A DNA stretch of 64,000 bases from an uncultured Chloroflexia bacterium (GTDB taxonomy: Bacteria > Chloroflexota > Anaerolineae > Anaerolineales > E44-bin32), in NCBI GenBank assembly GCA_963709925.1, contig CAVPYC010000003.1, positions 42,061 to 106,060 of the forward strand, in the 5' to 3' direction. Both the position numbers and the translations under genes were made by a program. Position 1 is the first letter of the stretch, and each line of letters starts with the position of its first letter. Under the pieces are notes generated by a model. It was given only the letters and a program-made list of their open reading frames with translations. It was not told where the DNA came from and did not search any database. Positions 8,781 to 17,956 of this stretch are shown here, one piece after another.

Positions 8781-9058
8781 CTTCGCCTCGCGTGGCAGCG
8801 GCCCCGGCAGCCACGCCTGTGGAACACGCACCACCGGGTGTTTCCCCCAGCAGTATCGCCGGGAGGCCGCGCCTCGGCCAAGTGTGTGCTGTCACGCGTC
8901 GAGGGCCTCTCCTCGCCGGGGTCCAGGGCTGTTCTGCGTCGTCGTCCGTTAACGCAGTACCACCGCCCTTGGGCCCGAGGCTGGGCCGGAGCGCCCTTCC
9001 ACGGTCGAAATGGTCGGGTTTCCAGAAGGCGCGCCCCGCCCGGGGTGACTTCCCTCAC

Positions 9059-9088
9059 TTGTGACCCTCACATCCGGCTTTCCATAAT
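9059..9088 (+). promoter_or_regulatory. Sigma70-like promoter for the formate dehydrogenase operon
   Basis: TTGTGA (9059..9064), an 18-nt spacer, then CATAAT (9083..9088). A GGGAGGA Shine-Dalgarno sequence at 9138..9144 precedes the ATG at 9148. Confidence 0.4.
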
Positions 9089-9147
9089 GGACCTAACCTT
9101 CCCTGTGCAGCCTGGCTTGCTGCTCGGGGAGGTCGCCGGGAGGACCG

Positions 9148-11916
9148 ATGATCACTCCACACGCCGAAATTGCACGCCCTGACCTGGTCTTCCGCTACGT
9201 GGTCTCCAGCACCGACATGCGTTTCATCGAGCGCGCCGAACGCCACGTCTTTCTCGGCACCGGACCGGGGGGCGATCTCCTGCTGTGGGGCGAGATCCCC
9301 GGATGTGGCGCCGCCTGCCACGCCGACCTGGCCTCCTTGCTGCTCGAATACGCCATGAGCTGCGAAGGACCGGGAGAACCGCGCCTGTGGAAGGAAGCCG
9401 CGGCGGCTTTCGCTCACCAGACCGGCGGGGCGCTGGGGTCCGAGGTCGCCGACCGCTCGTCGGAACACCCGGCGGAGGTCCGCGCCAGGAGCTCGCTCGA
9501 GTTGGTTCTTCGCTCCTTGCGACCCTCGGCAGGCGGTCCGCCCAACCTCACCCCCGCCGGCGCCGGTTACGACACCTGCCCGATTTGCCACTCCGCCCAG
9601 TCCTACGGAACCGCCCGCGCCCTCGTCCCGGCCCACGAACTGTTCCTTCGGCTGTCGCAAGCGGCCGTGGCCTCCGCCGCCCCGGGTTGGAGCGCATCCT
9701 GCAGCGACGACCTGGAACGGCCGGGCCACCCTCTCCGGCTGGCACTCGCCCCGGACCAAGGACGCGTGAGCAAGCCCAACGGACACCCGAGCGGCGACGA
9801 CCGCTACTCGATCGTCGACCGCACCCTGAAGCGTTTCCGCTTCGAAGCCGATGCGTTGCTCGAAGTCCTCAACACCGCGCAGGAGACCTTTGGCTTTCTC
9901 TCCGAGGATCTGCTGATCTACATCTCGAACCAGCTGCACGTCCCGCTCAGCCGGGTGTACGGGGTGGCGACCTTCTACCACCTGTTCACCTTCAGCCCGC
10001 GCGGCGAGCACAACTGCACCGTCTGCACCGGCACCGCCTGCCATGTCAAAGGCTCGGCCGAGATCGTCGCCTCCCTGGCCGAGGCCTTCTCGATTCGGCC
10101 CGGCGAAACCACCTCCGACGGACGCTTCAGCCTGGTGACCGCTCGCTGCCTCGGCTGCTGTGGCTTGGCTCCGGTGATCGTGCTCGACGGCGAGGTCCAC
10201 GCCAAGCAGACCCCCGAAGCCGCCGCCGAAAGAGCCCTGGCCGTCCTTGCGACCGCAGCCGGCCCTGGAGCCGGGATGAACCTCGACACCCTGCACCAGA
10301 TCGCCCGACGCGAAACCGAACGGCAGGCCGCGCTGGATACTCGCATGTTCTGCTGCACCAGCACGGCCTGCCTGGCCAACGGCGCCGCCGCCACCGCCGA
10401 GGCCCTGCAACAGGAAGTCGAGGCCCGCCGCCGGCAAGGCGCCTCGGCCGAGTCGGTCAACACCGGCTGCATGGGTCTGTGCAGCCGCGGGCCGCTGGCC
10501 CGCGTCGATCGCCGGGACGGGACTTCAACTCTGTTCCACAGCGTCACCCCCGACGTCGCCGGCAAGATCGTGTCCCAGGCGCTCGACGGGACGGCAAACG
10601 ACCTGGCCGCCCACCGTCTTCCTTCCGACCTGCCCTTCTTCACCCATCAGGTCAAGGTCGTCCTGGAAGATATCGGCCGGATCGACCCCGAGAGCCTCGA
10701 GGATTACATCGCCCACGGCGGCTACGGCGCGCTGGCCCGAGCGCTGCACGAAATGACCCCGGAACAGGTCTGCGACGCCATCCAGGCCAGCGGCCTGCGC
10801 GGCCGCGGAGGCGCCGGGTTCCCCACCGGAACCAAGTGGCACTACGTCCGGCGCGAAGCGGCCGAGCGGAAGTTCGTGGTCGTCAACGGCGATGAAGGCG
10901 ATCCGGGCGCCTATATGGACCGGACGGTGATGGAAGACGATCCCCACCGCGTGCTGGAAGGGATGCTGATCGCCGCCTACGCCGTCGGCGCCACGGCCGG
11001 TTACTTCTACGTGCGCGGCGAATACCCGACGGCGGTCGACCGGCTGCGCCGCGCCATCCGCTCCGCCCGGCGTCAGGGCCTGCTGGGCAGCGGAATCCTG
11101 GGCGCCGATTTCACCTTCCACGCCGAGGTGCGCATCGGCGCCGGGGCCTTCGTCTGCGGCGAAGAGACCGCGCTGCTGCACTCGATCGAAGGCCGGCGCG
11201 GCACACCCCGCATGCGGCCGCCGTACCCGTCGACCCGGGGTCTGTGGGGTTGCCCGACGGTCATCAACAACGTCGAGACCTGCGCCAATGTCCCGACGAT
11301 TCTCAGGCGCGGTCCCGAGTGGTTCGCCGGGATCGGCACCGAGACCAGCAAGGGCACCAAGGTGTTCGCCCTGGCGGGCCAACTGGTGAACACCGGCCTG
11401 ATCGAAGTGCCGATGGGCACCACCTTGCGCCAGGTGGTGTACGACATCGGCGGCGGGGTACCCGACGGGCGGGCCTTCAAGGCGGCCCAGACCGGCGGGC
11501 CGAGCGGCGGCTGCATCCCGGCCGAGCACCTCGATACGCCCATCGACTACGAGTCGCTGGCCCGCCTGGGTTCGATCATGGGGTCGGGCGGGTTGGTGAT
11601 CATCGATGAGACCACCCGCATGCCCGACTTCGCCCGCTTCTTCATCGACTTCTGCGTCGACGAGAGCTGCGGCAAGTGCGTGCCCTGCCGCGCCGGGACG
11701 GTCCAGATCCGCGCCCTGATGGACAAGGTGCTGCAGGACCGCGCCGCCCCGGACGACCTGGAGCGCCTGGAACGACTGTGTCTGTTCGTCAAGCGCGCCA
11801 GCCTGTGCGGCCTGGGCCAGTCGGCCCCCAACCCGGTATTGAGCACCCTGCGCTACTTCCGCCACGAGTACGAGCCCCATCTGACGAAGGAGCCGAGCCA
11901 TGCCGACGCCGGCTAG
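9148..11916 (+). CDS. NAD(H)-binding formate dehydrogenase / hydrogenase-type diaphorase subunit: unknown N-terminal region + NuoE-like [2Fe-2S] + thioredoxin-like ferredoxin + NuoF-like FMN/[4Fe-4S]
   Basis: The NuoE part reads [16 protein letters not shown]...[10 protein letters not shown]...CLGCCGLAP. The Trx-like ferredoxin part reads [12 protein letters not shown]...CMGLCSRGP. The NuoF part reads [34 protein letters not shown] and LCGLGQ. The first ~205 aa have no motif I recognise but show coding-like GC3. Confidence 0.85.
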   Translation: MITPHAEIARPDLVFRYVVSSTDMRFIERAERHVFLGTGPGGDLLLWGEIPGCGAACHADLASLLLEYAMSCEGPGEPRLWKEAAAAFAHQTGGALGSEVADRSSEHPAEVRARSSLELVLRSLRPSAGGPPNLTPAGAGYDTCPICHSAQSYGTARALVPAHELFLRLSQAAVASAAPGWSASCSDDLERPGHPLRLALAPDQGRVSKPNGHPSGDDRYSIVDRTLKRFRFEADALLEVLNTAQETFGFLSEDLLIYISNQLHVPLSRVYGVATFYHLFTFSPRGEHNCTVCTGTACHVKGSAEIVASLAEAFSIRPGETTSDGRFSLVTARCLGCCGLAPVIVLDGEVHAKQTPEAAAERALAVLATAAGPGAGMNLDTLHQIARRETERQAALDTRMFCCTSTACLANGAAATAEALQQEVEARRRQGASAESVNTGCMGLCSRGPLARVDRRDGTSTLFHSVTPDVAGKIVSQALDGTANDLAAHRLPSDLPFFTHQVKVVLEDIGRIDPESLEDYIAHGGYGALARALHEMTPEQVCDAIQASGLRGRGGAGFPTGTKWHYVRREAAERKFVVVNGDEGDPGAYMDRTVMEDDPHRVLEGMLIAAYAVGATAGYFYVRGEYPTAVDRLRRAIRSARRQGLLGSGILGADFTFHAEVRIGAGAFVCGEETALLHSIEGRRGTPRMRPPYPSTRGLWGCPTVINNVETCANVPTILRRGPEWFAGIGTETSKGTKVFALAGQLVNTGLIEVPMGTTLRQVVYDIGGGVPDGRAFKAAQTGGPSGGCIPAEHLDTPIDYESLARLGSIMGSGGLVIIDETTRMPDFARFFIDFCVDESCGKCVPCRAGTVQIRALMDKVLQDRAAPDDLERLERLCLFVKRASLCGLGQSAPNPVLSTLRYFRHEYEPHLTKEPSHADAG

Positions 11917-11951
11917 CGACCTGAGCGCTGGCCTCCCGCGCCAACGGCGGC

Positions 11952-14835
11952 ATGATCGAACTGACCATCGACGGTCGTACCGTTCGCACTTCCTCCGGCT
12001 CCTCGGTGCTCGAGGCGGCCCTGGCGCACGGCATCGACATCCCGCGGCTGTGCTACCACCCGGACCTGAGCGTCTCGGGCGGCTGCCGCCTGTGCTACGT
12101 CGAAGTCGAGGGCCGCTCCGCCCCGGCCGCCAGCTGTGGCCTGGCATGCGAACCCGGCATGGAAATCCGCACCCGCAGCGATGCGCTGCTGTCCCTGCGT
12201 CGCGACGTGATCGACGTCTTCCTGTCTGAGCACCCGCTGGACTGCGTCACCTGCGACAAGAGCGGGGCCTGCGGCCTGCAGCGCTATGCGTACGAGTTCG
12301 GCATCAAGGGCACCACGCTTGAGCTCCAGGTCGGGCGCACCCTCTACCAGGACGACAACCCTTTCTTCGTACGCGACCACCAGTACTGCATCCTGTGCGG
12401 CCGCTGCACACGCGTGTGCGACGAGATCGTCGGGGTGAACGCCATCGACATCGTCGGCCGCGGCTACGAGAGCCATGTGGGCACCCCGTTCGACGGCCCG
12501 ATGATCGACTTCGACCTGCGTCTTTTGCGGCAACTGCGTCCAGGTCTGTCCGACCGCCAGCCTGCTGCCGGTGTCCCGGCTGGGTCAGGGCCGCGAGTGG
12601 GAGCTGGATCGAGTCCGCACCGTCTGCGGCTACTGCGGGGTGGGCTGTACGGTCGAGTACGCCCGCAAGGACGGCCGCATCCTGTACGCCCAGGCCCCGG
12701 CCGACGCACCCGTCAACGGAGAGTTCCTGTGCGCCAAGGGCCGCTATGGCTGGGATTTCGCCGCCAGCCCGGAACGCCTCACCCGGCCCCTGGTGCGTCG
12801 TGACCTGGCCTATCGGATCGGCCTGACCGACCAGCCCTGGGAATTGCCGGAGATCTCGCCTCTCGACGTCCGCAAGCCGAAAGCCTCCGACTCCTTCGTC
12901 CCCGTCGACTGGGACACCGCCCTCGACCTGGTGGCCGGTCGGCTGGCCGACACCGTAGCGGCCCACGGCCCGGACTCGGTGATGGGCCTGGCCTCCGCCC
13001 GCTGCACCAACGAAGAGAACTACCTCTTCCAGAAGTTTCTGCGCGCCGGGGTCGGGACGAACAACCTCGACCACTGCGCCCGCCTTTGACACAGCAGCAC
13101 CGTAACAGGCCTCGTGCAGGCCTTCGGCAGCGGCGCCATGACCAACTCGATCCGCGAACTTCGCCAGGCGGACTGCCTTCTCATCACCGGCTCCAACACG
13201 GCCGAAGCCCACCCGGTGATCTCGTATGAGGTGGTGCGGGCCGTCAAGCGCGGCGCCAACCTGATCCTCATCGACCCACGCCGGATTCCCCTGGTCGACC
13301 ACGCCACGCTCTTCCTCCAGCCGGCCCCGGGCACCGACATGCACATTTTCCTGGCGATGATGCACACCATCCTGCGCCAGGGCTGGGCCGACGACGAGTT
13401 CATCAGCGCCCGGACCGAGGGTTTCGCCGAACTGGCCGATTCCCTGGCCGACTGCACGCCGGCTTCGGCCTCCGCAGCCTCCGGGGTCCCGGAGGAGAAG
13501 ATCGTCGAGGCCGCTCGGATCTACGCCCGCGGCCTGCGCCGGAGCGGCGTCTCCGTCTACGGCGACGGCCGCGGCCACAGCGCCATCCTGTACGCCATGG
13601 GTATCACCCAGCGCAGCCGCGGCACCGACAACGTCAAGGCCCTGGCCAACCTGGCGCTGCTGTGCGGTCAGATCGGCAAGCCGTCGACGGGTGTGAACCC
13701 GCTGCGCGGCCAGAGCAACGTGCAGGGGGCCTGCGACGTCGGCTGTCTGGTCAACGTCCTGCCCGGGTACGTCCCGGTGACCGACGACGAACGGCGCGGC
13801 CAGGTGGCCGCAGCCTGGGGCGTGGCCAGCCTGCCGGCCCGGCCCGGCCTGACGATCGTCGAAGCGACCCACGCCGCGCTGGAAGGCAAGGTGCGGGCGA
13901 TGGTCATCATGGGCGAAAACCCGATGATGTCCGACCCGAACACCTCCGAGGTCGAGCGCGCTCTGCGCGGCCTCGATTTCCTGGTGGTGCAAGACATCTT
14001 CCCCAGCGACACGGCACTGCTGGCCCACGTCCTTCTCCCGGCGGCCGCCTCGCTCGAGAAGGACGGGACAATGACGAACACCGAGCGGCGGGTCCAGTTG
14101 CTGCGGCCGGTGCTCCCCCCGCCCGGCGAAGCCCGTCCCGACTGGCAGATCCTGGGCGAGATCGCCGCCCGCTTCGATCGCAAGATCGGGCGGCCCGAAG
14201 GCCCGCGTTGGACCTACCCATCGACCGCGGCCATCCTGGATGAACTGGCCAGCGTGACCCCGATCTACCGGGGAATCAGCCACAGCCGGCTTGCGCAGGC
14301 GCCGTTGCAGTGGCCCTGCCCGGATCCGACCCACCCCGGAACCCCGATCCTGCACGTCGACAAGTTCTCGCGGGGCCGCGGCAAGTTCCATGCGGTGGCC
14401 GCTACTGCTCCCGCCGAGGTCGCCGACGACGACTACCCGCTCATCCTGACCACCGGGCGCTTGCTCCACCACTACCACTCCGGGACGATGACCCGGCGCA
14501 GCGGGCCCCTGGGGTGGCGCGAGCCGCGCGGCCAGGCCGACATCAACCCGGCCGACGCCGAAGCCATCGCCCTGGAGGATGGGCAGGCGGTGGTGATCAA
14601 GAGCCGCCGCGGCGAAGTGCGCACCCGCGCCCGCCTGACCGACCGCGTCCCTCCAGGCACGGTCTTCCTGGCGTTCCACTGGCGCGAGGCCCCCGCCAAT
14701 CTTCTGACCCAGGACTTCGCCCTTGATCCGGAGTCGAAGATCCCCGAGTACAAGATCAGTGCGGTCCGGCTCGAGAATCCGCGGGCCGGGCTGAAACGCG
14801 GGGCCAGAGAGAAGGCGGCCGAGCCGTCCGCCTGA
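11952..14835 (+). CDS. fdhA: Formate dehydrogenase alpha subunit (NuoG-like Fe-S N-terminus + Mo/W-bis-PGD domain). It has an in-frame UGA (selenocysteine) at 13087 and one frame break near 12510.
   Basis: The 2Fe-2S part reads CYHPDLSVSGGCRLC. The 4Fe-4S part reads CILCGRCTRVC, and CVFCGNCVQVCP appears after the shift. ORFs 12571..13089 and 13114..14835 share one frame and are joined by TGA inside the conserved motif HCARL-U-HS. Removing one T at 12510-12511 restores GPMIDSTCVFCGNC. Confidence 0.9.
13100..13127 (+). promoter_or_regulatory. Candidate SECIS hairpin downstream of the UGA codon
   Basis: The upper stem pairs AGGCC (13107..13111) with GGCCT (13119..13123) around the loop UCGUGCA. 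A lower stem pairs CCG (13100..13102) with CGG (13125..13127). The hairpin begins 11-18 nt after the UGA. Confidence 0.4.
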
Positions 14836-14896
14836 GCCCCAAGCGGGTCTCCGGGACCGCCACCGAGGGTTGCTCGCCGCGTGGCGGCGTAGGTGA

Positions 14897-14925
14897 TTGA
14901 CTCGGCGTTTCTCAGCATGTAGAGT
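14897..14925 (+). promoter_or_regulatory. Sigma70-like promoter for the lamin-tail-domain protein gene
   Basis: TTGACT (14897..14902), a 17-nt spacer, then TAGAGT (14920..14925). The ATG at 14994 is preceded by GGGGGAA. Confidence 0.45.
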
Positions 14926-14993
14926 CAGCGGCAACACAGTCTCCCGGCGGCCTTCCGCAAACGAGGTCGCCGGGCTGGGTCCAGGGGGAAACT

Positions 14994-17525
14994 ATGACCC
15001 ACGAACGTCGCCCGGGCCGGGCCGGCGTCGCGCTGGTCGCGACGATCTCGGTCGGCCTGTCCTTTGCCCTACCGACGTACGCCCAACCGCTCGCCGACTC
15101 CACCGCCACCAGCACCGAAGCCGAGGCGGGCCCGACCGACACTCCCGGCCCGGCCTCGACCTCCACCGACCTTGCGCTTTCCAGCCCGACACCCGATGTC
15201 CCGCTCATAGAACCCGCCACCCCGACCGAGACCCATGGTCTTCCGTCGGCCACGGTCGCCGATGTCCCCACCGACACACCGTTCGCCGTGCAGGCGGAGC
15301 CGACTCCAGCAGATCCGTCCCCGGAGGCGAATTCCTCCCCGGCCGACACGGCAACCCCCGCCTCGACGCCCATACCACCCCCACTGGACGAATCCCCCGC
15401 CACTCCGACTGAAACTCCCTCAGCCGAAGGGACCGCCACGCCAGGCTCCACGCCCACACCGACATGGACGGCAACCCCGGAGAGCGCCGTGGCCGCCTTC
15501 GATACGGCCGCCTTCGATACGGCCGCCTCCTTCGGCACCGGCTCGGTGCTGATCAACGAGGTCGCCTGGGCTGGAACCGAGGCCTCGACCAGCGACGAGT
15601 GGATCGAACTGTGGAACCCCGGGGCCCAACCGATCGACCTGACCGGGTGGAGGCTGTCCGACGGCGGGGATCTCAACGTTGTCCTGACCGGCGAAGTGCC
15701 CGGCTTCGGGTTCTACCTGCTCGAAAGAACCGACGACCAGTCCGTATCCGACATCCCCGCCGATCGGGTTTACACCGGCAGCCTGAGCAACTCCGGCGAG
15801 GGCCTTGAGTTGTCAGACCCTGAGGGCTCGCGCATCGACATCGCCAACGCCGCCGGCGGCGCCTGGCCGGCCGGAAGCACGGCGCCTCGCCGCAGCATGG
15901 AACGTCACGGTCTTCTCGATCTGCCCGGATCGTGGATCACGTTCCCGGGGACAGGGGGAAACGGCCTCGACGCCGACGGGAATCCGATCGGGGGAACGCC
16001 TCGCCGCCCGAACGCGCCCTCCGCTCCGACCTCCACGCCGACCCCGTCACCGACGGCGGAGGCCGGCGACGCCACACCCTACCCAAGCGGGGCGGTGGTC
16101 ATCAACGAGGTCGCCTGGGCCGGCACTCTGGCCTCGTCCAGCGACGAGTGGATCGAGCTCTACAACCCCGGTGACGCCGCGGTCGATCTCGACGGGTGGA
16201 CGCTGACCGACGACGGTGATATCGATATCGGGCTGCGCGGCATGCTCGACCCGGGCGGCTATCACCTGCTGGAACGCAGCGACGACCAGTCGATCTCCGA
16301 CATTGCGGCCGACCTGACCTACAGCGGCGCTCTGTCCAATGACGGGGAGACGTTGCGTCTCCTCGATCCGACCGGCACGCTGATCGATGCGGTCAACCCC
16401 GGCGGCGGGCCCTGGCCGGCCGGCGACGCCGCCCGGCGCGCTTCGATGGAGCGGGGCGGCGCGCTGGGGGACCTTCATCGGGCTATTACGGGATCGGCCG
16501 CGACGCCGACGGCGCGCTGATGCGCGGCACCCCGCGCGGTCCGAATTCGATCTGGTTCCCGGCGCCGACTCCCACCTGGATCCCCGGCGCGGTGGTGATC
16601 AACGAGGTCCTGATCCGCCCGCGCTACGACTGGGAAGGCGTCGGCGAGGGTGAGCACCCACGACGAGTTCATCGAGCTCTTCAACCGGGGGCCGCATCCG
16701 GTGAACCTGCGCGGCTGGACCTTGGACGACACTGTCGTCGGTGGTTCTCAGCCCTTCGAGCTGCCCTCGATCACCCTCCAGCCGGGCGAGCTCGCCGTCT
16801 TCTTCCGGACGCGCACCCGCATCGCCTTGAACGACGGGGGCGACTCCGTTCGCCTGTCGGCGCCCGACGGTTCTCCGGTCGACAAGATCCGTTACCTGCA
16901 GGTGAGGGCGGCGAACTTGTCCTACGGACGACTGCCTGACGGAAGAGACGATCTGAGCTACGGATTGTGGCCGACACCGGGGGAACCCAATCGTCTGTTC
17001 TCGCCGGCGACGTTCCCTCGAGGCTCGGCGCTGATCAACGAAATCGCCTGGGCCGGCACCCTGGCCTCTTCCAACGACGAGTGGATCGAGTTGTACAACC
17101 CGGGTCCGGATCCGATCAACCTGTTCGGCTGGATCCTCACCGACGGCGGGGACATCAACGTGCACCTGCTCGGCCGGATCGACCCCGGGTCCTACTTCCT
17201 GCTCGAGCGCGGCGACGATCGGACGATCTCGAACGTCGTCGCCGATCTGATCTACACCGGCGCCCTCTCCAACGGTGGGGAGGAACTCCGCCTGCTCGAT
17301 CCTGCCGGCGCCGAGGTCGACATCGTGAATCCGGAAGGCGGCGCCTGGCCGGCGGGCGACGCCGCCATGCACGCCTCGATGGAGCTGGCTCCCTCCGGAT
17401 GGGGCTCGCATCCTCCCTACGGAGGCCTCGGCCTCGACGCCGCCGGACAGCCCGTGGCGGGAAGCCCGAGGCATCCCAACGCACCGGGGCATCTCCCGTC
17501 GGCCGATCCACCGATCGGACCGTAG
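14994..17525 (+). CDS. Secreted protein with four lamin-tail (LTD) domains; two offsetting frame breaks near 16466 and 16648
   Basis: It has a signal peptide and a T/P/S/E-rich linker. Four LTD units follow the pattern INEVAWAGT..S.DEWIEL.NPG...L.GW.L.D. They begin near 15545, 16098, 16590 and 17030. ORFs 14994..16520, 16520..16939 and 16650..17525 join into one reading. Confidence 0.8.
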
Positions 17526-17640
17526 GCGATGGGGCTTCTCTGGATCGCTCTTACTCCGGCTTCGAGCGACCCGCGCAGGGCGAACGCGCTGTCCGCGGGC
17601 TGAAGTTCGCAAGAGGGCTGCATGGCGGCGGCAACCCCCC

Positions 17641-17649
17641 TGCTATAAT
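17641..17649 (+). promoter_or_regulatory. Extended -10 box TGCTATAAT 8 nt upstream of the gatC ATG (leaderless-type promoter)
   Basis: tgcTATAAT is followed by cccgcgcc and then ATG (17658). No Shine-Dalgarno sequence is present. Confidence 0.55.
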
Positions 17650-17657
17650 CCCGCGCC

Positions 17658-17948
17658 ATGGCCCTGACCCTCGACGAGGTCCGTCATATCGCACGGCTGG
17701 CGCGCCTGCACCTGAGCGCCGACGAGGAGCGCCGCTACACCGAGCAACTCTCGGCCATCCTCGACTACGCCCGGCGCCTCGAGCGAGTCGACACTTCGCA
17801 GGTGCCGCCGACCTCCGCCGTCCAGGCCTTCGCCGCGCCTCTGCGCGACGACAGCCCGCGCCCGCCCCTGCCGCGGGAGCAGGCCCTGGCCAACGCACCG
17901 GCCAGCGACGAGGGCATGTTCCTGGTGCCGCCGGTCCTCGACGGCTGA
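17658..17948 (+). CDS. gatC: Asp-tRNA(Asn)/Glu-tRNA(Gln) amidotransferase subunit C
   Basis: The 96-aa protein begins MALTLDEVRHIARLARLHLSADEERRYTEQLSAILDYA, a typical GatC. gatA follows directly. Confidence 0.9.
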   Translation: MALTLDEVRHIARLARLHLSADEERRYTEQLSAILDYARRLERVDTSQVPPTSAVQAFAAPLRDDSPRPPLPREQALANAPASDEGMFLVPPVLDG

Positions 17949-17956
17949 ATCCGGCC

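Noticed and set aside
9055-14937. Very long reverse-strand ORFs: 9055..10437, 10525..12147 and 12304..14937 (877 aa).
   Set aside because: They are antisense to the NuoEF-like and FdhA genes, which have unmistakable Fe-S, FMN and molybdopterin motifs. The reverse translations are low-complexity G/A/R/P/V with no motifs.
15540-17300. Periodic repeats that might suggest a CRISPR array or satellite.
   Set aside because: The repeat units are ~500-bp protein domains (LTD) in one reading frame, with divergent sequence between them. They are not short direct repeats with unique spacers.
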